Shown one piece after another: positions 42,238 to 54,581 of a stretch of 64,000 nucleotides of DNA. Under the pieces are notes generated by a model. That model was not told the DNA's origin, did not search any database, and was given only the letters and a program-made list of their open reading frames with translations. Location of the stretch: the NCBI RefSeq assembly GCF_009834535.1, contig NC_045696.1:61382001-61446000 (forward strand). Reading direction: 5' to 3'. The stretch's first letter is position 1. Every line of letters begins with the position of its first letter. Origin of the DNA: Camelus ferus (lineage: Eukaryota). The position numbers and the translations under genes were made by a program.

Positions 42238-42401
42238 GGGGGTAGGAGTGTAGCTCAGTGGTAGAGCATGTGCTTAGCATGTGGGAGGTCCTGGGTTCAA
42301 TCCCCGATACCTCCATTAAAAAAAAAAAAGTTATGCTCTACACTGGAATTTGACACAACATTGTAAAAGGACTATAACTCAATAAAAAAATTTTTTTTAA
42401 A
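42238..42401 (+). mobile_element. tRNA-Ala-derived SINE head + A-run + L1 3' end within one TSD
   Basis: A box tagctcagtgg, B box ggttcaatcc; L1 tail from 42331; TSD aag(a/c)atctttctga at 42224-42237 and 42402-42415. Confidence 0.88.
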
Positions 42402-42511
42402 AAGCATCTTTCTGAACTGTCTTATCCTATCACAAATTATAGAGGGTGGGGACGACTATTAGGTAATCAGATAAATACACTGTATGATAAGTTAAAATTG
42501 CCTCAAGCTTC

Positions 42512-42543
42512 TTCTATTAGATATATTTTCTATTAGATATATT
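42512..42543. repeat. 16-bp tandem duplication
   Basis: ttctattagatatatt x2. Confidence 0.85.
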
Positions 42544-43842
42544 TTTTAAAACATTGGGTGACAAAATCAGCACACTCCACAAAAGGCTGTAAGAAAGGAG
42601 GAAGTAGTGAAACTCACTTTAGTTCATTTCATCTGCATCACTAATAGCCCTCATGAACTGAGAATCAGTAGGAAACAAAACCAACAGCTAAAATATCATT
42701 TGAATTATCTACAGCATGGTATCATTCCCAGTGTGCCAGTCTTGGCCTCCAGTGCACAAATCATTGAGTTGGACAGCTAAATACATCTCCCTTGTGGAAT
42801 TCCAGTCACCACTGTTGACCATCCCAGATCATCCTTTCTTCCCCATAATGATTATCTATTTACCACTGATTACTGCAACAAACTCCATTCTCAACTAGTA
42901 TCTTTTTACTAGCAATTCTCTGTAGTTGCAGAATCACTGAATATCAAGATTTAAAAGGACCCTGAAGGTCATATCTTCCTACTCCCACTCTACTTTTCTG
43001 TCTCTATCTTCAGTTCCCTTCCAGAGCCTTGTTTCTACCCTTTTCAAAGCTTCCCCCTTCCTTAGTAATCTATTCTTAGCAGTTTTTCCCATCACAAACC
43101 CCTATATCCTCACTGCCTTTATAAATATCACTGTACCTATTTCAAGATATAAGTATTGGTTCTCCCAACTGAGAACTTGAGTTTCAGTCCTCAGTCATAT
43201 CTAGTCCCCTCAGTTATATCTGGGACACCTTCTCCAGTGAAGTCAATCTGATGGAGCCTGTGTCCCAGCCCCAGATCCAGTTTTCACAACTGTGTATTTT
43301 GAAGCAGTCCCCTAATTACAGGGTCATGGCATTTTAAACTAGAAAGAAGACTCAGAAATAATCTGGTCCGATGTTTTTCCAACTTTTTTTTTTACTACAT
43401 TTCATTTCATACATTTTAAGATACAAGAAATCCACTTCACATCTTAACGGCATACATACATAACTGAAATACATTTCATGAAACTATATTTATCTTTACT
43501 ATGTAAACACACTGAAAGTTTCTATTCTATTCCTTTTTTTTTTTTTTTAAGTTCAGGTGCCATCCACTAAATGGATTTCACAACCCAACAACAGGATGGA
43601 ACCCATAGCTTAGAAAACAATCTCGTTCAAACTTCCCATTCACATTGAAGATAATGTAGCTCAGTGATGAAGTAAATCTCCCAGCCACAAGAAGTTTGCT
43701 CATAAAATTAAACTTGGGTCTGTCTGGTGAGTCCCAGACCAATGTTCTTCCCACTAAAGACCTTCTCCACTCAGTCACCACACCCCTTACCCAAACACAA
43801 CCCTACAGTACCCTGTCCAGCCACTGTACCGCACTGTTCTTC

Positions 43843-44190
43843 AAGTCAGCCCCTCAAAGTTACTGCTCGTTGGTCAGTCTCCCCGAAGCCGCTGCTTCAT
43901 GCTCCCTTAGGTCACAGTCCCCTCACAGTTACAATTATCCATTGGTCAGTCTCCTCCGAGTCGTTGGCCCTTGGTCACAGTCTCCTGCAGTCACTGCTTC
44001 ATATTTCCTCGGTCATAGTCCCCTCGCAGCCTCTTCCTCGTGTTCTCCGAGGTCAGAGTCCCTTCACATTCACTGCTCCTGGGTCGCAGACCCCTCGCAA
44101 GCAGCTACGTCTCTGTCACAGTCCCCTCGTTGTCAATGCCCCTGGGTCACAGTAGTCTCGCAGCCCCTGCCTCACACTCCCCTTGCTGAC
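43843..44190. repeat. Degenerate repeat array, core GGTCACAGTCCCCTC, ~11 copies, 27-40 bp period
   Basis: Cores at ~43844, 43872, 43910, 43944, 43973, 44011, 44051, 44082, 44114, 44145, 44172. Confidence 0.85.
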
Positions 44191-44209
44191 ACTGACCCAC
44201 TCTTCTTTC

Positions 44210-44830
44210 AGTTAGCTTCCCCGCGGTGCCAGCCCCACAGTTTCTCCTCTCAGAGCCGCAAGGACATGCACAGACCGGGTGCCTACCTGCAGCTCACGCT
44301 TCCTCGGCCCGAGTCCCGTCGGGTTTCTCCTGGGTGCCGCGTCACGGACAAGGGAAGTTGGGGAGGTTGCGGGGAGACGCCCGGGAAAGGCAGCGGACGG
44401 AACCGCGAGCCGGAAGTCCCGCCTACTGCCCGCCCTTTTGTCACTCCGACCACGACTTCTTCCTGAAAACCAAGACACCTGACACAGTAGTTCCGCCTCC
44501 ATAGAAGCCGCGGGGACGGAGAGACTGAGCCGAAATCGCCAGAGACAGAAGATAAAATGGTAAAAAGTCCATCTCCCTGCGGAACTCGAGTATGCGGAGA
44601 AGATACGGCCGTATCTTGTAATGAAATACGATGTTACTTGTCACGCGTGCTCGCCGGCAATCCGTGAAGAAGCGTTGGGTCGATGGCTCTCCTTTTGCCC
44701 AGCTCCGTGCTCGGTCCCTCCCAGGCTGACTTTTCTGTCTTGGTCCTTCCCGCTCCATCCCCAGCGCCTGCTGTGGTGCCAGGCACTCGTACCAGGACAT
44801 TGACAACGCAGATGGCTGTGACGCCTTCCA
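44210..44830. promoter_or_regulatory. PCYT1A CpG-island promoter
   Basis: CpG-dense; ETS site CCGGAAGT at 44410-44417; adjacent GC boxes (cccgcc) at ~44418-44434; no TATA box. Confidence 0.85.
44287..44420 (-). other. PCYT1A: PCYT1A non-coding exon 1 (5' end approximate)
   Basis: Donor CTGCAG|gtaggc at 44287/44286 inside the CpG island; no ATG in the exon. Confidence 0.75.
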
Positions 44831-46078
44831 TCCAAGACACCCCCTACCCTACCCTATGGTCTGCGACTGCTTCACACAGACTTTCCCCTACTTAATGATG
44901 TAAAGAGAATTCACGTCCGCCAACCAAGTTCTGTGAAAACCTGCATCTGGCCCAAACGCCTCTTCCTATTATTTCTAACCTAGGTTGGCTCACCAAGGAA
45001 TCAACTGGGGGGTTAGCTGAGAAGGAACAGATTCAAGGGAGGCCACTGGTAGGCAATCACATGGCAAGATTTCTGATGAAGAGAAGTTTCCCCTTGCTAG
45101 AATGAATCTTTGCAGGGGTCCCTTTTGATTCTATAGATGTAAAGCAAGTAAATTACAATGTTATGGAAAAGGTATGTAAAAGAATTTTTTAATGTATTAT
45201 TTTTGTCTACATGCTTGACCTGAAAGTGGCTGGGAAGAAAGTGTGGGTAAACAAGCATCTACTGAGAAGCCTCCAGGGAGAAAAAAAAAATGTAAATTGT
45301 GACCCTTCCCTTTTGAGTTTCACATAGTTATTTGAAAATTGCAGATAGATTAAAGTGCTCCAAATAAGGACAGCTAGCTGGAAAAGACACCAGAAACTCT
45401 AAGGGAAACAGCACTACAAAGATGGAGTTGGGATAGTAACAACATAATCTTTGAGAGTCTAAAAGGAAGGTTAATTTCATATACAGCTTGGAAACTCTCA
45501 GACCCTGACACTGGGCAAAGCCTGGAGAAAAGAATGCATGTGTAACAAGTGGTGGAAACTATGTCAAGGTGTCAAGAACGGAGCAAAAACACTGGGTAAA
45601 AGGATAAAGGCAATAATTTAAAATGCAAGAGAAAAATTTTATGCACAAATAAATTGGCCTCAGTGTTATTTATAATAATGAAAAATTAGAAATAACCAGT
45701 CCCTCAATAAGGAGATGGCAAAAATAACCAATGTTATATAACCTGAAGGAATAAATACAACTATTAAATTATGCTTATGAAAATTAGAATGCAGACAAAA
45801 TTATGACATAAAACTGCACATGACATTATGAGAAGTGAAAAATCAGGTTACAAAAGTATATATGTGATTTTTTTTAAACACTGCAAATTAAAAAAAACAA
45901 AACACTGGTACAAAATATACCAAAATATTTAGTTGGTTATGTTTGAACAATTGAATTAAAGATTTTCCCGACTTTTTTTCTACCTTCCAAATGTAATAAC
46001 ATAGTATTTAAAAAATCAAAACATTAAAATATAAGACCTAAAACTCAACAGACTCAGTTGCCAAACTGCCAACTTTTC

Positions 46079-46084
46079 TTTATT
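46079..46084 (-). terminator. DYNLT2B polyadenylation signal
   Basis: AATAAA on minus ~75 nt after the stop; GU/U-rich sequence downstream. Confidence 0.75.
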
Positions 46085-46157
46085 TTGTCAAAATATTTAA
46101 CAAGATAAAAAAGTTCGTATTTCTTCATGGTCATATCTTTTTCCAGCTTTCAAAGAT

Positions 46158-46205
46158 TTAATAGTAGAAACAGCCAAATGCCGCTACAACACAGAATAAA
46201 CTGTC
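46158..46205 (-). CDS. DYNLT2B: Dynein light chain Tctex-type 2B, exon 5
   Basis: tttag|GAC AGT...; DSLFCVVAAFGCFYY*. Confidence 0.95.
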   Translation of the reverse strand, partial: DSLFCVVAAFGCFYY

Positions 46206-46431
46206 CTAAAAAAAACAAAAACAAACAAACAGAAACAGACACACAAATCCAGAATGTTAGTACTAATGAAGGACTAAGGGCAGCACAGACCTGAAATTAA
46301 TATCACCTAGATCTTTGCCAATTTTTAATCATGAAAATTTTCTTTTTCAAGAAACATATTTTTCAGAGTATACCTATAAAGTTACTTGCCTCAGGGTAGC
46401 TACAAAATTGCTTGCTAAAAGGGTAGGATGG

Positions 46432-46680
46432 GGGGTGGAAAGGGACAGACTGGGAGTTCAAAATTTGTAGATACTGACAGGTATATATAGAATAGATAAA
46501 CAAGATTATACTGTACAGCACAGGGAAATATATACAAGATCTAGTGGTAGCTCACGGTGAAAAAGTATGCAACAATGAATATATGAATGCTCATGTATAA
46601 CTGAAAAATTGTGTTCTACACTGGAAACTGACATAACATTGTAAACTGACTATAACTGAATAAAAAAAAGGTAAAAAAAA
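46432..46680 (+). mobile_element. Young L1 3'-end fragment with TSD
   Basis: TSD aaa(g)ggtaggatgg at ~46417-46431 and ~46679-46693. Confidence 0.88.
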
Positions 46681-47510
46681 AAAGGTAGGATGGGTAAAGA
46701 ATTACAGTCTCTGAATGCAGAAATAAAATGCAAACTAATGAACTATGTAATGTTTATTCATGAAATAAGTATTCCCATTTTCCCTGACTTATCAAAAAAA
46801 TAATATAATGTATAAAAATCCTTTGAGTTTCTCGGAGTAAATGCATTACCCAATCCAAGGATATTATTGTATCACAGATAATAAAAATACAGCACCTTGT
46901 CATAAATTCTGGATAAGGACAAATGATGTCTGGTTTTTTGTTCTTAACTGATAAAATTCATTTATCCATCTTTTAGCTCAGAATCTCAAAATGTTTTCTA
47001 GATCCTAATGAAACTTATTGAAACACTTTTTAGGTACTTATTACAAGAATTCCAACTGCCTCAGCAACTCCCAACCCACCAACCTCACCTCCAGCCTGGC
47101 AGTGATGGGAGAAAATATAAATTCAAGTACCTGATTACTAACCAAAAGAAAATTCTTTGGTTAACCCAGTTCCCTGGCTTTTTTGATAGGATAACTGTGA
47201 GCTGTGTTCTAAAACAGCGCTATCTGTGGTCAGGGACCTACTTTTTGTTTGTTTGAATTTTCAATCCCTCATGAACTGATATTTTCATAAAATACAATAA
47301 AAATTAATGACTGAGAAAATGAAATAAAAAAAGAAACATATAAATACAGCTTAAACTTTTTATTAGATTCAATGGACATAAAATTACTTTGTCAAATGCC
47401 CATGAGAGTTTCTAAACCCTTACACCCAATTTATGTACTTACCTTGTCGAAGACTTGTAACAGTTTGTGGACTGGCACTGGTCTATGGACCCCGCTTTGA
47501 CTGGCACTAC

Positions 47511-47682
47511 TTTTTTTTTTTTTAAGTTATTTTAAAGACATTTTTAACTTTATTTTTTTCTTTCTTTTTGGCAGAGGGAGGTTATTAGGTTTATTTATTT
47601 GTTTGGAGATACTAGGGATTGAACCCAGGACCTTGTGCATGCTAAGCAGGCACTCTACCACTGAGCTATACCCTCCTCACCC
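47511..47682 (-). mobile_element. tRNA-Ala-derived SINE (camelid Vic-1-like), full length with A-rich tail
   Basis: Minus GGGTGAGGAGGGTATAGCTCAGTGGTAGAGTGCCTGCTTAGCATGCACAAGGTCCTGGGTTCAATCCC...AATAAATAAACCTAATAACCTCCC...A-tail; degenerate TSD tga(c/t)tggca(c/t)t. Confidence 0.88.
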
Positions 47683-48474
47683 TGATTGGCATTGTTCTTA
47701 CAGTGCCACCCAGATTTCTCCATCCGGATTGAGCCCTGGTTATCCACAGCAGTTATCAGCTCAGTAGTACATGCTCTTCTCTCCCCTCTCTCATTTCCTC
47801 ATCTAGTAGTGGTCCTTCCTGGGATTTTCTCCCAAATAAACAAAGTACTTTAAGCTCTGAAAATGAAACCTAAATAAACACTCAATAAACTGAACTAAAG
47901 ACACAGTAGATTAAGTCAGCAACCTAGACCCATCTCTCAAAAATGATTTTTAGACACCTCCTCTACCAACACTGTGTTCTAAAACGTGATCCTGATCTTT
48001 ATTGATAACTAAAATTTTTAATTGCATATTTGTTAATCTGAGTATTGTCTAGCCTCCACTGGTTTATAAGCTCTCAACCAGCAGAAACCATGACTGTCTT
48101 AGTCATCATTTTATTCCTAGCAATAAAGGAATTGAATTATGGGTTATCCCTACTTTCCAAATGTAATAACAGATTATAACAAAATCAAATATAAGACTAG
48201 TACAGAAGCTGGCACATAACAGGAGCTCAAAATTATTTGTTGAATGAATGAATTGTATTGTATAATGACTCAGGGAAATACACGTTTTTAACTCCAAAAT
48301 AATCAGGGAAAACCACCACCTTAGCTTGCCCCTACCCCAAGAGAGCCGATAAATGAAGATTTACGTAGTACTTCCCACTGTTCAGCCTTGATCCCTAGGG
48401 CAGTCGAGCACTAAATAAAACTTTAGTAGGACTATAGAATTTTAGAGCTAAAAGGTGCCTTAAGATCATCTACA

Positions 48475-48650
48475 CAAGCAGCTTCCAAAGCTGGCAGTAA
48501 GTCATATAGGGAACTTCTTTAAAAATTCAGATTCACGGATCCAACCCCTGGTTTATTTGATCAGAATCTATTGAGAAGGGCCCTGGCATCTGTATTGTAA
48601 ACAAGTTCCTCAAATTATTCTTAGGCAGCCACGGTCAGTCTTTGGGAAAA
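48475..48650. mobile_element. MER5-like hAT element
   Basis: tcagaatct...gggccctggcatctgtattgtaaacaagttcctcaaattattct motif. Confidence 0.65.
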
Positions 48651-49349
48651 TCTAGTGCAGCTTCCTACTGTTACTGATATAATCAAAGAAAATTTCAGTG
48701 ATTTACCTAAAGTCATTTAATTAGAAAGTTAAAGAACTAGAAGTGGAACCTCTCTCCTAATTCACTCAATCTAGTTCTTTTCTACTATTCTATACTTTAA
48801 TTCTGTCTTTACTAATTCACAGCCTGGGAGCATTTGGATAGAAGACGGAATCATTTTTGAAAGCAAATATAAAATAACACATGATTAAAACACATAAAGC
48901 ATTCACGTCACTAACTTACCAATGTTTAAATGAAACCTCTTTTTTAAAATTCTTCTTTATTTTTATTTAGTTTTGAGAAATAGCTTTAAGATAATTTTAT
49001 TACTGAAAGAAAATTACCTCTGTTCATGGAACCCCTGCCACCCAAATTTCTTTGCAGCTTAGCAAAGTGCTATCCATCTGGTAGCACTAAATAAACTATG
49101 CTATTCCCACATTCAAACTGACGAAGAGTTACATCATCTATACACATAAAAGTCTCCTGGCCTATAAGTAACACACTAAGTTTCTGCTGTAATAACACAA
49201 AGAAACAGTAAAATCATCTCACTCAGAAGGAGTTTCAGACAAACGTCTAAAACAAAAGTATCCTCACATCTTAACAAATATTAGGTGATTTGATTTGGAA
49301 TGCCCAGGTGCCCTTAAGAAAGGGAGAAAAAGTTTCCAAATAGACTCAC

Positions 49350-49413
49350 ATTCATGAAAACATCATGAGTGCAGTTGTCAGTGTCAGCATCCCAGAAACA
49401 GCGAGCAGCCATG
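49350..49413 (-). CDS. DYNLT2B: DYNLT2B exon 4
   Basis: ttttag|C ATG...AAT|gtgagt; 64 nt; MAARCFWDADTDNCTHDVFMN. Confidence 0.95.
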
Positions 49414-49939
49414 CTAAAAAGTCAAAGAATAGAGAATTATGAATAACGTAACAAGGATCTGAACTACATATATCTACCATAAGCAAAAGTTTTCCTTGAT
49501 ACATTTTTATACATCAGTGCTTCCAAATATTTTCACAGGATAAAACACAGAAAATCATATTTGTGCAGAGTATAGTAGGTAAACCAGAAGGGACTAGAGT
49601 CACAGATAAGGCTGCTTGTGGCTGGAGGTGACCAGCCCAGGGGCCTAACAGCCTCAGACTCTGACTGGCTGCCTGATACCTTGAAGTTTTTGGTAAGTTT
49701 GGGTTAGAAGCTCTGTTATAGATTATTTCAGGTAAGATATCTGTATGTGACTTTTAGAGGAAATAATACCTAAGACTTATGATTCAAGGCTTAATTCCTG
49801 CACAAAAATATGAGAAGGTGGGTCTGGAAAGGACAACAAATTATTTTATCTAGCCTGATAATTTCATACAGTTCTAGGAAAAAGAGGGATAAACTCTGCA
49901 TTAGAATTCAATCTTCTAAATAATTCTAAATCCAGTATT

Positions 49940-50520
49940 ATCTCTACAGGATACTATGAAATTCTACAGGACAAACAACCTAATTTCTTCAGCAAATAAA
50001 TGACAAGGTAAAAAAGAGAAAGACAGAGAGAGAAAAGAGGAAGTGAAATGATAAGTTAAAAGAAATTTAAGAGATGTATCAACCAAATGCAATGTATGGA
50101 TTTTGCCTGGATCCTGACTTGAAAAAATTGTAAAAAGAAAAATTACATACATATATACACACAGAAAAACACACATATACATACATGCACATGTACATAT
50201 GAGACAATTGAGGATATTTAAAAGCTAATTGAATATTTTATAATATTAAGGATTTTCAATATTTAGATGTGATATTTTATTATGTTAAAAAGGGCCCTGA
50301 CATCTTAGAGATAGAGAGTATTGTATTTACAGATGAAATGGTGTGATGACTGAAATCTTTAAATAATCTAGTTGGGCAGGGAGAATGGACAGAGGTGTAA
50401 ATGAAACAACATGGGTATGTGTTGATAACCTTTAAAGCTAAATGACAGACACGTGGGAGTTCCTTAGCGCCTGCACTTTCATATATGCTTGAAATTTTAG
50501 ATGACAGAAGTTTTAAAAGG
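49940..50520 (+). mobile_element. Old L1MC-like 3' region
   Basis: aggacaaacaacctaatttcttcagcaaataaatg; tcaaccaaatgcaatgtatgga. Confidence 0.7.
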
Positions 50521-51971
50521 AGGTGGCAGAGGCCTTGTATGCCATGCTTTAGAACCTGGCCTGATCACATTTAACAAAGTCAGTCAGGACAAGTTTGGGG
50601 AGTTTTTATTTTACAGGGTTTGAAATAAACTCTACAGAGTTTAAGAAAAGAAAGTGTGGTGTACTTCTGGGAGATTGGTCTGGTATGTGCATTGTGGAGG
50701 AGACAGATCAGAGTCTGGACGTGCTGATAAGGGGCTGCTAAGTCACCCCAGCGTCCAGGTTACAGTACATGCAACGAGAGAGTAATAGCTATGTAAGATA
50801 AAAGAGGACTCTACGCTTTTAAGCCTGAGTCAATGGAACCTTGGTAATACTGCAGGAGACAGAGAAATGAAGAAGACAGACTGATTTGAAAGGAAGGGAA
50901 AAGAATTTGGAACTTTATTTAATCACATTGAATCTGAGGTGGCAGGACAGTAAAGTATTTCTTAGTGTCTGTGGTGAGGAAATCTCCTGAAGCCTTTTGA
51001 CCAGATGGTAGAGGGCTCCGTGGTGGAGAGTCCTGCACTGGGAGTCAGAAGCCTGGGCTCTGTCCAGTGGCCCTGACACCAGCCAGATCCATAATTTGGG
51101 GCAAATCATGCTCAACTTCCTAAGTGTCATCATAAAACAAGGGGACTGGACACCAGCAAAAATCTGCAGTCCCTTCCAAATCTAACATTCTATAGTGAAA
51201 ATTCTCAGTGATAGTATCTACAAGGTATTTTTTAAAATTCATTCAGCAAATATTTTTGTACTTTCTTACAAAAATACTAGACTAGGCACTGTTTACAAAG
51301 GGAAACAGAAGACTAACACTTGGGCATAGGAAAAGACAGGAAATAGAGATTTTTGAACTTGCCAATAGGGGAATGACAGTTTGAGGTCATGAGAATGAAT
51401 GAGCTCATTGAAAAAGCAGAGAGAAAAGCAGAAGAATAAGAAGTGAGCCTTGAAGAAAGCTCACAGCTGGGGACATAGGGGAGAAGGAGGAATCAGTGAA
51501 GGAGAGAATAATCAGTTAGAAAAACAGAAGAGAAACAAGTTAGATAACTGATACCAGGACCAAAAAAACCAGAGTGAATTTTAAAAAACAGAAGTCCAGG
51601 GCAGTAACAAGAGCTATGAAAACTGTCTCTCAGACAATTTTAAAGAAATTAATTTAGGAGAATGGTAGGACCAAAAACCAGGCAACAAGGAATAAGGGAG
51701 GAAACATATATACATAATCCTACACTCTCTTTGGGTGTATATATACATAAACCCTAAAAGACATCTTAGCCTACAGATTCTTTGAAAAGTGAGCTACCCC
51801 GTGGAGCTCCCCCCATCACTGCTCAGGACCAGGATCACTTCTGTTCCCAGCTGCATTTGATTATACTGTCCTTTCTTCTCACTCTTGCAATCTTAGTGAG
51901 TTGTCAAGAGGATGAAGACCCAATAAGAAACATTTAAAAATAAAAACAAGAAAGAAAAATCAACTACTCAC

Positions 51972-52041
51972 AATACTCCTTCCCCTCTTTGTTCTCCAAT
52001 CACTACTTGCACCACCATTTTATATCGGTCAAATCCCATTT
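51972..52041 (-). CDS. DYNLT2B: DYNLT2B exon 3
   Basis: ttccag|AA ATG...GTA TT|gtgagt; 70 nt; (E)MGFDRYKMVVQVVIGEQRGEGV. Confidence 0.95.
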
Positions 52042-54492
52042 CTGGAAAGAAAAAATAAGAAAGTTATCTTTAAGCAAATATATGGTAAAATTACTTAATG
52101 AAGGCAAATTTGCTTAGAAAGGAACATAAGCATTCAGTCTACAAGCACTTACTAAGTATGATTATAAGCTTGGGAGTCAGAGAGACTTGAGGACAAATTC
52201 TAACCATAAGCTTAGTAAGTGTGTAATTTTAGACAAATTATTTAACTTTTCAGTTTAAGTCTCCCTCGTCTGTTAAATGGGAATATCACTACCTTCCTCC
52301 CAGGGGTGTTGTGAGGTTAGATGAGATAAGCTTCCTCCTGTCTCTACCCATTTATCTTCTGTAGTAGTCTCTCAATAGGTCTTAGCTTCCTTCCTTTCTC
52401 CCCTACTCTAAGTCAGGTACTGACCTAGGCCCTCAAGATAAAGAGATAAATAAGACACTCTTCTTGCCTTAAAGACTCATAGTAGTTGGGAAGGCAAACA
52501 TGACAAATAAAAAGAAAATGCAATGTACTAATAATTCAAAGAGTGGCATGGATAAGGTACATCAGGAGCACAAAGCTGAGAGGCTTCTCCCTTTGGGCAA
52601 TGGGGAAGGGATGGTCAGAAAAGACTTCTTGGAGGATGTGATAAAGTGAGCTGAGTTCTGAAAGATGAGTGGGAATTTACCAGGTGGACAACATCTCTCC
52701 ATTCTATGGAAAGGGATTTAGCATACGCAGAGATACAGAGCATGGGATCTTTAGAAAACTGCAAGCTGTTCAATAAGATAGAAAATAAACCATAAGATTC
52801 TGGAGTATACTGGGGTGGCCTAGCACAACTCAGTTGCTTCCCCAGAAACTTTGCTGCTGAAACAACAAAATCCTGAAAATTCTCACCAACACCAAATTTA
52901 GGGGACAGAAAACTGAGTGGGCATCTTTATCTTCCTTCTTTACTGACCAAGGAAAAGTGGAAACAATTTTTTTTTAAGCGAAATAGGCAAAGTTGAAACA
53001 GAGTCAACTCTCTCTGAGAATAAAACCTCCAGGATTATACAGCAAATTAGGCAAACAATCTGAACACTACAGGTACCCTCCCATCTGGGACATGAACCCT
53101 AATCTAGGACACTTAACAAAATCTCAGAAGACAGAGCCCAAGTTATTTTTTAAAAATCAATGCACACAGCTCAGCTCAGCTTCCTTCTATTTCTACCCAT
53201 TCCTCTCCCTCTATTTCTCATACCCATACTTTAGAAATGTGGCTAGAATATTAAATACACAGCCCTTAAAACATAATTCTGAGGGAAAAATAAAATAGCC
53301 ACAGATACAGCAGGAGGAGAGTTAAAAAAAAAATCACCCACACAGCAGAGCAAAATGAAAAGAGGCTGAGTGGCAATATGCAAAGGTTCAACAGCAAAAA
53401 CAAACCAAAGAATGACAAGAAAAGAAATGAACTGTTTAAAAGACAAAAAAACTCAACTTAGGAGGTAATACAAATCAAGGAACAAAGAGAAATTTCTCAC
53501 AACTGATTCACAATACAGAACAACATAAGCTCACAAATTCAATAAAATAAGAACTCAATCAGATTATAAAACAACAGAAAGATAAAAGGAAGATTATAGC
53601 CCAAGGAAACAAACTGAATACTCACTTTACATCAGTGCAGAACTAATAAATTAAAAATGGCAAGAGACAGGACAGATACACATGAAAACTGAATTACTGG
53701 CCTAAAGTAATCACAAGTATATGTCAAAGAAAAAGGAAGAAATTAAGGCAGAGAAAAGCTAATAGATATGGAAGACAAAAGATGATTCAACACATCAACA
53801 TTCGGTGTATTAAAGAAGATAATCTAACAAATGGAATTGAAATGTATTTAGAGATAAAAGAAAATTACCCTGCTATGGAAAAAACAAAATCCACAGATAT
53901 AAAATGCTCAACACTAAGCCATATCCTGGAAAAGCTATTGAGCCTCAAGGTAAGGATAGGATTCTTTATGCAGAGAATATCAGAACAGCCTCAATTTTCT
54001 CCACAGTAACATTTGATGCAAGAAGACAGTGTAGTAATGTGTCTATAAGATCTTCCAAGAAAAAAATTACCTCAAAGTACTATATTCCATCCAAAATATA
54101 TTCTGGTTTAAAGGCATGTCTGGTTCTCAAACATGAAAGAATCCAGGGAATATACCATTTCTGAGCCCTTCCTGCAAAAACTTACAACAAAATCAGGTAA
54201 GAATTGAACCAGAAAAAAGAACTCAGCAATGGAAATAGGATGGTGAAAGGACTAAATAGTGAGCAATCACTCCATTTAAATACCGAATGAATGCTGTAAC
54301 ATTATGGGAAACAGTTTATAGTATACCATGGCTTTTAAAGTATGCATTTATCTGTACATATACATAGGAAAGAGGTCTGATAAGATGTTTACCCAGTATT
54401 AATGATTCTTTATGGCTATTGCCATTTGGAGTGATTTTTCTAATTTTATTTATTTTTCTACACTTAAAATTTTTTTATAATGAGCATTTTTT

Positions 54493-54581
54493 CCTTTTTT
54501 TTTTTTCTTTTAAGTGGAGAAAGTTTTATTGCAGGGCAAAGCAAGGAGAACAGGTGGCTTGTGCTCAAAAACCCCAACCTC
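54493..54581 (-). mobile_element. Retroposed, polyadenylated ERV-LTR 3' fragment with TSD
   Basis: TSD tgagcatttttt at 54481-54492 and 54582-54593; minus-strand AATAAA at 54525-54530 followed by an A-tail. Confidence 0.75.

Noticed and set aside
42238..42316. Functional tRNA-Ala(AGC) gene
   Set aside because: Anticodon stem is mispaired, it is followed by an A-run and L1 tail and flanked by a TSD, and there is no adjacent oligo-T terminator; it is a SINE.
43843..44190. CRISPR array interpretation of the repeat-spacer pattern
   Set aside because: Mammalian intron, no cas genes; cores are short and degenerate and spacers are related to each other.
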